Origin: Clostridia bacterium
Lineage (GTDB): Bacteria; Bacillota; Clostridia; Christensenellales; UBA3700
Length of the DNA stretch: 64,000 bases
Assembly: GCA_029068165.1 (NCBI GenBank)
Contig: JAIEDA010000009.1
Coordinates: 521-64,520, forward strand
Direction: 5' to 3'
The position numbers were made by a program, and so were the translations under genes. Every line of letters begins with the position of its first letter. Position 1 is the stretch's first letter. A model generated the notes under the pieces. It was not told the origin of the DNA, ran no database searches, and worked only from the letters and a program-made list of their open reading frames with translations. Shown here piece after piece: positions 1 to 9,012 of the stretch.

Positions 1-1043
1 ACCGTCGTAGAGAGGACGACAACAACCGCCGCGACGAAGATCTCAAGATGATTTTGATGAGCTTGCTTGGCGGACAGCAAAACAACGCAAACGGCAACTC
101 GAGCGTACCGCCGCAATACGCTACGGCTACGCAACCCGCAGTCGGCGTTGAGGATATGAAGTTGCTTGTCAGCGAAACGGTGGCGGCTTTGCTCCCGAGC
201 GTTCAGCAACTCTTGCCGCAACAGGCTAGTAGCAACGATGAAATGGTTAAACTCCTTGCCGAAGAAATTAAAGAGAGCAAGGAAGAAACTCGCAAATTGG
301 CTGAGAAAACTCAAAAGAGCGAAGAGGCGCTTGAGAGAATGATGCGCAACCAAGAGAAGTTGATTGATAGACTTCTTGAGCGTGACAATCGGGTATCAAC
401 AAATTCGGATAAAGTAATAGAGAAAGTCGTAGAAAAGCCGGTTGAAAAGGTTGTGGAGAAGATAGTCGAGAAACCTGTAGAAAAGATTGTGGAAGTACCT
501 GTAGAGAAGATCGTTGAAGTACCGGTTGAGAAAATAGTTGAGAAGAAAGTGGAAGTGCCGGTAGAAAAGATAGTTGAGAAGCCTGTCGAAAAAATAGTTG
601 AGAAAATCGTCAAAGTACCTGCGGAAAAGAAAGCGCCCGCAGGGGAAAGAACGCCAAGGCTCAACATCGACGAAGCTTACGCTAGGTTGAGTCGCGAGCA
701 AAAGAAGTTCTTCGATAAGCTCCGCGAATACGCTCTCTCTAAAGATAAGTGCAAGGAAAAGAAGCTGACCTACAATATCTTGCTCGGTCAATCGTCTATC
801 AATCCGCTCGTCAAGCTGACGATAAAGAAAGACACGACGGTAGCTTTGTTCAAGATGGAAGACGAGTATTTCAAGGATATACGCCGCAACGCGGAAGGGT
901 CTAAGATAAAAGTCAAGGAAAGCGAGCTTGTCGTCGCCGACGCGGAATCGTTTGAAACGGCAAAGCAAATGATAGACCTTCGCGAAGATCAAATCGAGCG
1001 CTATGCCGAGTTCTTGAAAGAGCAAAAGGCTTATAAGAAATAA
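1..1043 (+). CDS. hypothetical tandem-repeat protein (VEK-type repeats), probably 5'-partial
   Basis: Track ORF 48..1043. The same frame stays open back to base 3 ([15 protein letters not shown] precedes the first Met), so the gene may begin upstream of the window. It has a K/E-rich coiled-coil-like segment, then ~18 tandem 4-residue units ([12 protein letters not shown]), then a non-repetitive ~130-aa C-terminus. No family recognised. Confidence 0.6.
   Translation, partial: RRREDDNNRRDEDLKMILMSLLGGQQNNANGNSSVPPQYATATQPAVGVEDMKLLVSETVAALLPSVQQLLPQQASSNDEMVKLLAEEIKESKEETRKLAEKTQKSEEALERMMRNQEKLIDRLLERDNRVSTNSDKVIEKVVEKPVEKVVEKIVEKPVEKIVEVPVEKIVEVPVEKIVEKKVEVPVEKIVEKPVEKIVEKIVKVPAEKKAPAGERTPRLNIDEAYARLSREQKKFFDKLREYALSKDKCKEKKLTYNILLGQSSINPLVKLTIKKDTTVALFKMEDEYFKDIRRNAEGSKIKVKESELVVADAESFETAKQMIDLREDQIERYAEFLKEQKAYKK
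409..633 (+). repeat. in-frame tandem coding repeat (12/24-nt units encoding VEKxVEKx)
   Basis: Repeated gtNgaRaaR-type units are visible in the DNA. Protein reads [75 protein letters not shown]. Confidence 0.8.
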
Positions 1044-1381
1044 CAATTAGCGGTGAGGATTTAGCAAATCTCACTTAACCGCTTAAGCTGACTAAGGAAT
1101 ACCTCTAGTTAGTTTTAAATGGTTTAGACCCTTCGACTATGCTCAAGGTTTTGATAGAATAGCGCGTTAGAAATAAAATCGTCATTCTAAGCGGAACGTA
1201 TAGTGGTCGTAAGTTGCGGTAAATAATCGGACAAAACAAATTGAAAAGGAACGCAAAAGCGTTCCTTTCGTCATATTATATTCAACAGCTATTTCAATAT
1301 TTTTTCCTCCAAATTAAAAATTGTAGAATAATCCGCCACTTTGCTTAATATACTTTATCGAACAAAAAAGTGGAGGAGTTT

Positions 1382-2860
1382 ATGGAAAAATTTGACCTTT
1401 ATCAAGATATTTCAACAAGAACGGAAGGAAATATCTATATAGGAGTCGTTGGACCTGTAAGAAGTGGTAAATCCACTTTTATCACAAGGTTTATGCAAAC
1501 AATGGTTTTGCCTAATCTGCAAGACGGTTATCACAAAGAGAGAATCGTTGACGAGCTACCACAATCGGCGGACGGCAAAACCATTATGACTACGCAACCA
1601 AAGTTCGTACCCGACGGCGGAGTGGACGTAGAATTGGCGCCAAACTGCTCGGCTAAGCTCAGGCTTGTCGACTGCGTAGGTTATCCTTTCGAGGGCGCTC
1701 AAGGATTTGAAGAGGGCGATACCGACAGGCTCGTCAACACGCCGTGGAGCGAGGAACAAATGCCGTTTAGCGAGGCAGCCGAGTACGGTACGAGTAAAGT
1801 TATTACCGACCATTCGACGATAGGCGTACTCGTATCAACCGACGGCTCGATACTCGATTTGCCGAGAGAGGGATACCTTACCGCTGAAAAAAGAGTAGTA
1901 AGAGAAATGAAAGAGCTCAACAAACCTTTCGTACTTTTGCTCAATTCAAAACATCCGCAGGACAGTAGCTCAATGCGACTTCGCGACGAGCTTGCCGACG
2001 AGTACGGAATACCGGTTATGCTCAAAAACGTACAGGAAATGTCCGCTCAAGATATGTCCGAACTTCTTGAAGTAGTTCTTATGCAATTCCCGCTTAGAAT
2101 GGTAGACGTTGCTATGCCTAGCTGGATGCAAGCGTTGCCGAGAACGAGCGAAATAATTACGCACATAATCAACAAAGTATGCGAAGTCGTAAAGGATATG
2201 CAGGTTATGGGCGATCACAAGCGTCTAAGCGGTATTTTTGACGACGACGAGTACTTGCTCAAGGACTGTAGCGTCAGCGTTGATTATGGCAAAGGAACTT
2301 GCTCGCTACACGTTACGCCGCAACCTCAGCTTTTCTATCGCGTACTCTCCGAACAGTGCGGTATGGAAATAGCCGACGAATGTCAGCTCGTCACATATAT
2401 CAAGGAATTTGCAAGCGCAAGAACGCAGTATGAAAAACTCAAACAAGCTCTTGCCGACGTGGAAAGTTACGGCTACGGAGTAGTTACGCCTTCGCTTGAG
2501 GATATGCAACTTCAAAGCCCGCAAATCGTCAGGAAAGGCTCGCGTTACGGCATAAAACTCAAGGCATCCGCGCCAGCTATGCACATTATGCGCGTAGACG
2601 TTGAAACCGAAGTCAACCCCGTAATAAGCAGCGATATGCAAAACGAGGCAAATCTCAAGGCGTGGCTTGAAGAGTTTGGCGAGGACGGTCAAGGTATTTG
2701 GAATACGAATATGTTCGGCAAGAGCTTGAACGTAATCGCAAAAGAAGGTCTTAACAACAAACTTATGGCAATGCCCGAGGACGTAAGAGGTAAGCTGCGC
2801 AGGACGGTTACGAGAATAGTCAACGAGGGAAAGGGCGGAGTTCTTTGCATATTGCTTTAA
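1382..2860 (+). CDS. spoIVA: stage IV sporulation protein A (spore coat morphogenetic ATPase)
   Basis: MEKFDLYQDISTRTEGNIYIGVVGPVRSGKSTFITRFM (Walker A GPVRSGKS) and a ~492-aa length typical of SpoIVA. GGAGG at 1372-1376 favours ATG 1382 over the GTG at 1370 used by the track. Confidence 0.95.
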   Translation: MEKFDLYQDISTRTEGNIYIGVVGPVRSGKSTFITRFMQTMVLPNLQDGYHKERIVDELPQSADGKTIMTTQPKFVPDGGVDVELAPNCSAKLRLVDCVGYPFEGAQGFEEGDTDRLVNTPWSEEQMPFSEAAEYGTSKVITDHSTIGVLVSTDGSILDLPREGYLTAEKRVVREMKELNKPFVLLLNSKHPQDSSSMRLRDELADEYGIPVMLKNVQEMSAQDMSELLEVVLMQFPLRMVDVAMPSWMQALPRTSEIITHIINKVCEVVKDMQVMGDHKRLSGIFDDDEYLLKDCSVSVDYGKGTCSLHVTPQPQLFYRVLSEQCGMEIADECQLVTYIKEFASARTQYEKLKQALADVESYGYGVVTPSLEDMQLQSPQIVRKGSRYGIKLKASAPAMHIMRVDVETEVNPVISSDMQNEANLKAWLEEFGEDGQGIWNTNMFGKSLNVIAKEGLNNKLMAMPEDVRGKLRRTVTRIVNEGKGGVLCILL

Positions 2861-2948
2861 TTCTTGATTGACTTTGCGCAAAAGTATAAGACGATTGAGC
2901 TTACCAACTTTCGCAATTTAAGTAAAGCCATTTTGATCTCTATAAAAA

Positions 2949-2977
2949 CAATGAGAGCGTATTGAACGCTCTCATTG
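2949..2977. terminator. bidirectional hairpin between convergent spoIVA and the Cys-rich gene
   Basis: caatgagagcg-tattgaa-cgctctcattg, a perfect 11-bp stem, preceded by an A-run. No clear U-run for the + direction. Confidence 0.55.
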
Positions 2978-2993
2978 CTCGCGTTGAAAGGCA

Positions 2994-3713
2994 TTACGCT
3001 ATCTTTCTTATCACGAGATTTATATTAGTAAAAGTTTGCGCGTTGGCGCCGAGGTTTACGAGGTTGAGAATACTGTTGGCGGTTGTGACGGCAACGGTCC
3101 CAACTCCGGCTAAGTTGTAGACTTCGTTCTCATCGCTAACGCTCGCCGACTGCGAAAAAGACGGAATGGTAACTCCGTTGAGTTGCGCTCCTACCGTACT
3201 CGTGCCGGTAGTTGCCGACGTTCCCGTAAGAGCAAACGAAATCTCATAAGTGCCGATTTGCAAAAGCGCGCCCGTACCGCCCGAAGTAATTTGATTGCCT
3301 ACTTGCCTAGCGAGCGCCAAGGGTATAACCCCTCCGCTTGCCACTGCGGTAGCGCTAGCGGCGGCGAAATGCCCGAGATTTACGATAGGCGTAGGAGTTG
3401 GCATTGGCGTCGGTACCGTACGAAAACCGTTTGAGCAGCCCGAGTTGGGACAGCAATACCAACCGCATCCATAGTTGCTGCGGCTTCTTCCGCAACAGTT
3501 GCATGAATTGCAGCCGCAAGAATTACAAGAGTTGCAGGAATTACAGTTGCTGCAAGAGTTGCATCGGCAGGAGTTGCAGCCGCAAGAATTACTACAGCCG
3601 CAAGAGCTTCGTCCGTTTCGGTTATTGCCGCAGGAGTTGCAACCGCAGGAGTTGCAAGAGTAGCGATTGAAATTTGTACTATTGTTGGAACATAATCCGG
3701 TATTACAGAACAT
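2994..3713 (-). CDS. Cys-rich repeat protein with BclA-C-terminal-like (exosporium/TNF-C1q-like) domain; putative spore surface protein
   Basis: Strong RBS (minus strand TAAGGAGAAAATTTTATG). There are 25 Cys in the first ~97 aa in CNSC/CGCNSC repeats, then a TVPTPMPTPTP linker. The ~130-aa G/T/A/N-rich beta-type C-terminus (YEISFALTG...VGAQLNGVTIPSF...LNLVNLG...NINLVIRKIA) resembles BclA-family C-terminal domains. Confidence 0.7.
   Translation of the reverse strand: MFCNTGLCSNNSTNFNRYSCNSCGCNSCGNNRNGRSSCGCSNSCGCNSCRCNSCSNCNSCNSCNSCGCNSCNCCGRSRSNYGCGWYCCPNSGCSNGFRTVPTPMPTPTPIVNLGHFAAASATAVASGGVIPLALARQVGNQITSGGTGALLQIGTYEISFALTGTSATTGTSTVGAQLNGVTIPSFSQSASVSDENEVYNLAGVGTVAVTTANSILNLVNLGANAQTFTNINLVIRKIA
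3430..3665 (-). repeat. degenerate coding repeat (TGC/AAC/TCT-rich) encoding CNSC units
   Basis: Repeated gcaactcctgc / ttgcagccgcaagaatta-type units. They also create the spurious + strand QELQ ORF. Confidence 0.7.
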
Positions 3714-3755
3714 AAAATTTTCTCCTTAGTGATGGAATCGGCTTAAAGCCACTGC

Positions 3756-3782
3756 ATTATATGTTTGAAACCGTTTCATAGT
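3756..3782 (-). promoter_or_regulatory. possible late mother-cell (sigma-K-like) promoter
   Basis: Minus strand reads AC-17 nt-CATATAAT about 45 nt upstream of the start. This only partly matches the AC/CATAnnnTA consensus. Confidence 0.2.
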
Positions 3783-3829
3783 TACAAGTCGCGCTTGCAA
3801 GCTAGGATATAGTGTGATATAATTTAGCT

Positions 3830-4996
3830 ATGAAAAAGCCGACGAAAGCAACGAGAAACTTATTGATAAGCGTTGCGGTAATGCTTGTCTTTATGATAAT
3901 AATGCTTATACTGAGGACAAACTCTTCGGTATGCGAATTTATTTGCAGTCGATTGGTAAACGCGTATCAAGCGGTGTTCGGCAGGGTATTTTCGCTGGTA
4001 GGATTCAACGTGTTCGAGCTATTTGCCGCGCTTGCGGTACTAGCCGTATTATCTTGCGTAATTTCGTCAATAGTATTGTTTTGCAAAAAAAAGAGAGTAG
4101 CTTCTAGGCGAGTAATGCTGAGTTTGCTGCTGAGCGCTGTTTGCGTGGCGAATATCTACGTTTTTGCGGCTGGTTTCGCGTATAATAGAGATTCGGCTCC
4201 GGTAGAGGAATACGCGGGAGAAATAGACGTCGAGCTTACGACAAAAGTCTATTTGGCGTTGTTGAGCGAATACAACGGACTGTACGAAAACTTTGATAAA
4301 AACGACGACAAAACGGTGATTTGCCCTTATACGGAAGCCGAACTTATGGACAATATACGCGCCGCCGTAGACAGCGTTTTGACGGACGGTTTTTATTATT
4401 CTTACACGCCCAAAGCAAAGCCCGTAACTTGCAGCGAAATAATGGCTCAAAACAGGATATCGGGAATCACGTTCCTGCCCACGGTAGAGCCTGGGTACAA
4501 CAAGGATATGACGATTATCGAGAAATGTTATACTACAGCGCACGAGTACGCGCATTCTAAAGGCGTGATGAGAGAGGACGAGGCGAACGTAGTCGGAGCG
4601 TACGCGCTTCTATATAGCGGCGACGACTTTCTCAAATACTGCGCTTACGTAAATATAATTTGGGATATACCGCACTTTATGCCGAGCATAATTCTCGAAG
4701 AGGATAAGGAAACGTTTTCCGTCAACGAAGGCTTTTTTGCCGAGTGGAAAAAGATAAGCGCTTATTGGAAGGATAAGAATGCGTTTGCCAAGTTCGGCGA
4801 ATTCGTCAACGACCTGTATCTAAAGTTTAACGGTCAAGAGGAGGGGACGGGCTCGTACGACGAAGATCCGTCTACTGAAATTATCGACAGCGGTATGACC
4901 GATGAAAACGGCGACCCGATTTTTATCACCGTCGTAGTTGAATATACCAAGCTCGATAGAATGATAATAGGCTATTATACGAGCAATTTGGAGTAG
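3830..4996 (+). CDS. DUF3810-family membrane protein with HExxH metalloprotease-like motif
   Basis: N-terminal TM helices and the motif TAHEYAHSKGVMREDEANVVGAYAL, typical of DUF3810 proteins. Confidence 0.8.
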   Translation: MKKPTKATRNLLISVAVMLVFMIIMLILRTNSSVCEFICSRLVNAYQAVFGRVFSLVGFNVFELFAALAVLAVLSCVISSIVLFCKKKRVASRRVMLSLLLSAVCVANIYVFAAGFAYNRDSAPVEEYAGEIDVELTTKVYLALLSEYNGLYENFDKNDDKTVICPYTEAELMDNIRAAVDSVLTDGFYYSYTPKAKPVTCSEIMAQNRISGITFLPTVEPGYNKDMTIIEKCYTTAHEYAHSKGVMREDEANVVGAYALLYSGDDFLKYCAYVNIIWDIPHFMPSIILEEDKETFSVNEGFFAEWKKISAYWKDKNAFAKFGEFVNDLYLKFNGQEEGTGSYDEDPSTEIIDSGMTDENGDPIFITVVVEYTKLDRMIIGYYTSNLE

Positions 4997-5107
4997 TTGA
5001 GCATAAAAAAAGTACCAAATCGTCCATAAAAATTTTTTGATTTTGTATTGAACTAGGCGATTTTAAATAGTATTATAAAATATATCATTAAGCGGTTGTG
5101 AGGCAAA

Positions 5108-6136
5108 ATGAGCGGATACGTAATAGTCATCTTCATATTAGCGCTTGTCTATACGTTTTATATGGGCTTTTCCGACGGAGCTAACGCCGTCGCCACTTGC
5201 GTTGCAACGAGAGCGATAAGACCTAAGTACGCTTTGATAATATCGGGAGTAGTAAAGTTTATCGCGCCGATAGTGATTTGTTATTTGCTTGGCAACGACA
5301 GCGTCGCAAGAACCGTCGGTAGACTTATAAAGAGTTCGGCTTTTGAGGGAATATCGGCTAAAGAGGGCTTTATATTCTTGCTCTCGACGATGATAGCAAC
5401 TTTGGCTTGGTCGGCGGTAAGCGTAATCACTTCCGTGCCCAACAGCACTTCGCATACGTTGCTGGGCGGATTGGTCGGAGCGGGACTTGCAAGTTTCGGT
5501 TTTTCCAACGTCGATTGGGCGATGGTGGGATTGAGAGTTATACTTATGGTATTTCTCACTCCGATGATGTGTATGTTGGTCGGATACGTAATAAGCAAAA
5601 TATTTACGGCTATTTGCTCAAAAATGGATAGGAGCGTGAAAAAAGCGTTCAAGGTTTTGCAAGTCTTCAACGTAACGCTTTTAAGCACTTCTATTTCAAT
5701 AAACAACGTGCAAAAATCTATGGGAATTTACTTGCTTGCGATGGTCGTATGCAGCGGCGAGAGCTTGCAAGGTTTTGAATTCAACTTTTGGAGTATAGCG
5801 GTTATGTCGGCGGCAATAATGTTGGGACTGCTGTTCGGCGGGTATAAGCTCATATACACGGTTGGCAAAAAGATATATCCGCTCGGCACGCTCCAGTCGG
5901 TATCCGCTCAAGTGTCCACCGCGGCGGTTGCGCTCACTTGCTCGTTTACGGGTATTCCGGTAAGCACTGGGCAAGTCGTTTCTTCAAGCATAATCGGCGT
6001 GGGTATGGCAAATAGAATACGCGCGGTGCGTTGGGGAAGAGCAAGAAGAATTTTTTCAAGTTGGGTACTCACGTTCCCGATAGCTATGGCGGTCGGCGCG
6101 ATAATTTGCCTGTTGCTAAGAGCGATATTTATTTAA
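5108..6136 (+). CDS. pit: inorganic phosphate transporter, PiT family
   Basis: Polytopic protein with N-terminal GFSDGANAVATCVATRAI and C-terminal GIPVSTGQVVSSSIIGVG PiT signature repeats. The DUF47 partner lies next door. Confidence 0.88.
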   Translation: MSGYVIVIFILALVYTFYMGFSDGANAVATCVATRAIRPKYALIISGVVKFIAPIVICYLLGNDSVARTVGRLIKSSAFEGISAKEGFIFLLSTMIATLAWSAVSVITSVPNSTSHTLLGGLVGAGLASFGFSNVDWAMVGLRVILMVFLTPMMCMLVGYVISKIFTAICSKMDRSVKKAFKVLQVFNVTLLSTSISINNVQKSMGIYLLAMVVCSGESLQGFEFNFWSIAVMSAAIMLGLLFGGYKLIYTVGKKIYPLGTLQSVSAQVSTAAVALTCSFTGIPVSTGQVVSSSIIGVGMANRIRAVRWGRARRIFSSWVLTFPIAMAVGAIICLLLRAIFI

Positions 6137-6154
6137 CGGTAATGGAGGTTTGGA

Positions 6155-6766
6155 ATGGAAATCTTTAGAAAAAGAGTAAACTTTTTTGAGATGCTCAATA
6201 CTCAAAGCGAAATCGTCAACAGGGGTATGGAAGCTCTTTACAACTATTGTAAGAGCGTAGGCGAACCTAATCACGAAAGCTACGGCGACGAAGTTATCGC
6301 AATCGAGCACGAAGGCGACAACGCTAGAAAGCAGTTGATAGAAGCGCTCAATCGCACTTTTATCACGCCAATGGAACGCAACGATATATTCGACCTTTCC
6401 CGTCAGTTGGACGACATTCTAGACTACGCTAAGACGGCGGTCGACGAAATGCGTCTTTTCGGAATCGAGCCGATAGGCGATACTACGGAGATGGTAGGTA
6501 TACTTTTTGAGATAACGCGTCATATCCTTTCAGCCGTATCGAATATGGAAAAGCATAAAGCGGCCGCTAAGCAAGAAGCGTTGCTCGTCAAAAGTCTTGA
6601 AAATAAAATGGGCGCGACTTACTACCGCGCGCTTGCAACGTTGTTCGAAAGCGACGATTTTAAGTACGTGTTGAAGTATAGAGAAGTATATCGCCACCTC
6701 AACACGACAGCGGATGAAGCGGCAATCGCTATGGACAACCTGCTCGATATTCTCAACTCGCTGTGA
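6155..6766 (+). CDS. DUF47 (PhoU-like) phosphate-transport regulator family protein
   Basis: ~200-aa helical protein (FFEMLNTQSEIV...HEGDNARKQL...TPMERNDIFDLSRQLDDILDY) paired with pit. GGAGG RBS. Confidence 0.82.
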   Translation: MEIFRKRVNFFEMLNTQSEIVNRGMEALYNYCKSVGEPNHESYGDEVIAIEHEGDNARKQLIEALNRTFITPMERNDIFDLSRQLDDILDYAKTAVDEMRLFGIEPIGDTTEMVGILFEITRHILSAVSNMEKHKAAAKQEALLVKSLENKMGATYYRALATLFESDDFKYVLKYREVYRHLNTTADEAAIAMDNLLDILNSL

Positions 6767-6889
6767 TTTACAATTTTTTCCGTTGCGATCAAGATATTGA
6801 AAAAACACTTGACAAAGCTTGAAAAGCATTGTAGAATAAATACAACTTAATATTAAAGACTGCGATAAGGAATATTAACTTTGAACTTT

Positions 6890-7102
6890 TTTCAGAGAGT
6901 CGTCGGTAGGTGCAAGACGATAAGAGCGATAAGCCAACTCGCCTTTGAGTTACCTCTTCGAGAGCAATAGTAGAGGAGCGTCGGGTAAGCCCGTTATAGC
7001 ATTTGAGGTATTGTAAATCGGTGTTTGCCGTAGATACGAAGAAGAGTGGTACCACGGAAATTTATTCGTCTCTTGCAGTTTAGCAAGGGACGATTTTTTT
7101 TG
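6890..7102 (+). promoter_or_regulatory. T-box leader (tRNA-sensing riboswitch), probably Leu-specific
   Basis: AGAGAG stem-I start at 6893. T-box sequence AGAGTGGTACCACGG at 7043-7057. Terminator cgtctcttgc..gcaagggacg plus a T8 run at 7067-7101. Leu codons UUG, UUA, CUC and CUU all occur in the candidate specifier segment 6945-6960. Confidence 0.8.
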
Positions 7103-7221
7103 GCGACCGGTATTGTATAGCGAAAAACAAATCGCTATATAGAGCGGAGCGTAGCGAAGTAGGGATATCTCAAGCTCACAACAAAAAGAGAATAAACAAT
7201 CAAACGATATAGGAGAAGAAA

Positions 7222-8883
7222 ATGAAGAACGTAGAAAAATACACGAGAGGCTATTTTATGCCGCCGATTGAGTGCAATGATTGGGTCAAGAAAGAGTACG
7301 TCGACAAAGCGCCGATTTGGTGTAGCGTTGACTTGCGCGACGGCAATCAAGCGCTCGTTATTCCAATGAGTTTGGAACAAAAGTTGGAGTTTTTTACGTA
7401 TCTATGCAAGTTAGGCTTTAAGGAGATTGAAGTGGGTTTTCCCGCGGCGAGCGAAACCGAGTACGACTTTTTGAGAGCGCTGATAGAGCGAAATCTTATT
7501 CCCGACGACGTAACGATACAGGTACTTACGCAGTCGAGAGAGCATATAATAGCAAAGACTTTCGAGGCTCTTCGCGGAGTAAAAAAGGCGATCGTTCACC
7601 TATACAATTCCACCTCGGTATCGCAAAGAGAACAGGTATTTAGAAAGTCCAAAGAAGAAATAATCGAGATTGCAAAGTTTGGAGCAAAACTCTTCAACGA
7701 GTACGCGGCAAAGACCGAAGGCGATTTCTATTTCGAGTATTCGCCCGAATCGTTTACGGGTACGGAAATGGAGTTTGCAAGAGATATTTGCAACGAAGTC
7801 ATCAAGATTTGGAAGCCTACGCCAAATAAGAAGGTTATTATCAACTTGCCCGTGACGGTATCTATGTCTATGCCGCACGTGTACGCCTCTCAAGTCGAGT
7901 ATATGTGCAAGTCTTTGATAGATAGGGAAAATCTTATAATCTCCTTGCACCCGCACAACGACAGGGGTTGCGCTATCGCCGACAGCGAGCTTGGACTTTT
8001 GGCGGGCGGCGACAGGATTGAGGGTACGCTTTTCGGCAACGGCGAACGCACGGGAAACGTGGACATAATCACGCTTGCGCTCAATATGTATTCGCACGGA
8101 GTAGATCCTAAGCTCGACTTTACGGATATACTTTCAGTAGCCGGAGAATACGAGAAAGTCACGGGAATGAAAGTCAACGAAAGACAGCCTTACGCGGGTA
8201 GATTGGTGTTTGCCGCGTTCTCGGGGTCGCACCAAGACGCTATTGCGAAAGGTATGAAGTGGCGCGAAGAGAAGAAGCCTAAGCATTGGACAGTACCTTA
8301 TCTTCCTATCGACCCCAAAGACGTGGGAAGAGAATACGAGGGCGACGTAATAAGAATAAATTCTCAATCAGGCAAGGGCGGAATAGGCTACTTGATGGAG
8401 CAGCGCTTCGGCATAGTTATGCCTGCAAAAATGCGCGAGAGTTTTGGTTATGCGGTAAAGAGCGTATCCGACAAGGCGCATAAGGAACTGCAAGCCGAAG
8501 AGGTATATAAAGTATTTGAAGAAAATTACGTTAACATAGCCACCAAACTCAAGGTGAAAGAGCATCACTATAAGCAAATCGACGGAATACAGGCTTCGAT
8601 TATTATTGAGTACGACGGCAAGAAGTCGGAAATCGCCGACGTGCAAGGCAACGGCAGGTTGGACGCTGTGAGCAACGCTATCAAAAAGTTGCTTTCCTGC
8701 GAATACCATATCGTCGAGTATCACGAGCACGCGCTTTCAAGGACTTCCAAGTCGCAAGCGGTGGCTTACGTATGCGTTGAGGATGCAAGCGGCAAAAAGT
8801 ATTGGGGCGCAGGTATTCACAACGATATAATCGAGGCGAGCGTAAAAGCGTTGGTATCTTCAATCAACAATATGTTGGCTTAA
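7222..8883 (+). CDS. leuA: 2-isopropylmalate synthase (long, LeuA type 2)
   Basis: WCSVDLRDGNQAL, HPHNDRGCAIA and a ~553-aa length with a C-terminal regulatory domain. AGGAGAAG RBS. Confidence 0.92.
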   Translation: MKNVEKYTRGYFMPPIECNDWVKKEYVDKAPIWCSVDLRDGNQALVIPMSLEQKLEFFTYLCKLGFKEIEVGFPAASETEYDFLRALIERNLIPDDVTIQVLTQSREHIIAKTFEALRGVKKAIVHLYNSTSVSQREQVFRKSKEEIIEIAKFGAKLFNEYAAKTEGDFYFEYSPESFTGTEMEFARDICNEVIKIWKPTPNKKVIINLPVTVSMSMPHVYASQVEYMCKSLIDRENLIISLHPHNDRGCAIADSELGLLAGGDRIEGTLFGNGERTGNVDIITLALNMYSHGVDPKLDFTDILSVAGEYEKVTGMKVNERQPYAGRLVFAAFSGSHQDAIAKGMKWREEKKPKHWTVPYLPIDPKDVGREYEGDVIRINSQSGKGGIGYLMEQRFGIVMPAKMRESFGYAVKSVSDKAHKELQAEEVYKVFEENYVNIATKLKVKEHHYKQIDGIQASIIIEYDGKKSEIADVQGNGRLDAVSNAIKKLLSCEYHIVEYHEHALSRTSKSQAVAYVCVEDASGKKYWGAGIHNDIIEASVKALVSSINNMLA

Positions 8884-8913
8884 TTGAACCGACGTAATTA
8901 TTTATAATATATC

Positions 8914-8942
8914 AAAGGCAAGGGGAAATCCTTGCCTTTTTT
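8914..8942 (+). terminator. rho-independent terminator after leuA
   Basis: aaggcaagg-ggaaat-ccttgcctt followed by a T-run. Confidence 0.75.
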
Positions 8943-9012
8943 ACGTTTTATACGCGGGGTTTAATTGCCAAAATTCGACAAAAGGCGTATATTAATATGA
9001 AGAGGAGAAGAA

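Noticed and set aside
311-1046. Minus-strand ORFs 311..667 and 396..1046 opposite the VEK-repeat gene.
   Set aside because: Repeat-induced shadow ORFs (FSTIFSTG..., LLNYF...). No independent signals.
1268-1369. Sigma-E-type promoter for spoIVA (TCATATT...CAATATTT near 1269-1300, or ...TAATATACT near 1347-1357).
   Set aside because: Matches to the ATATT / CATACA-T consensus are poor at the -10 element, so I cannot place the promoter with any confidence.
3183-3670. + strand ORFs inside the Cys-rich gene (3183..3434, 3398..3670, 3475..3663 with QELQELQELQ repeats).
   Set aside because: They are by-products of the codon repeat on the opposite strand. The minus-strand frame has a strong RBS, a sensible domain structure and a terminator.
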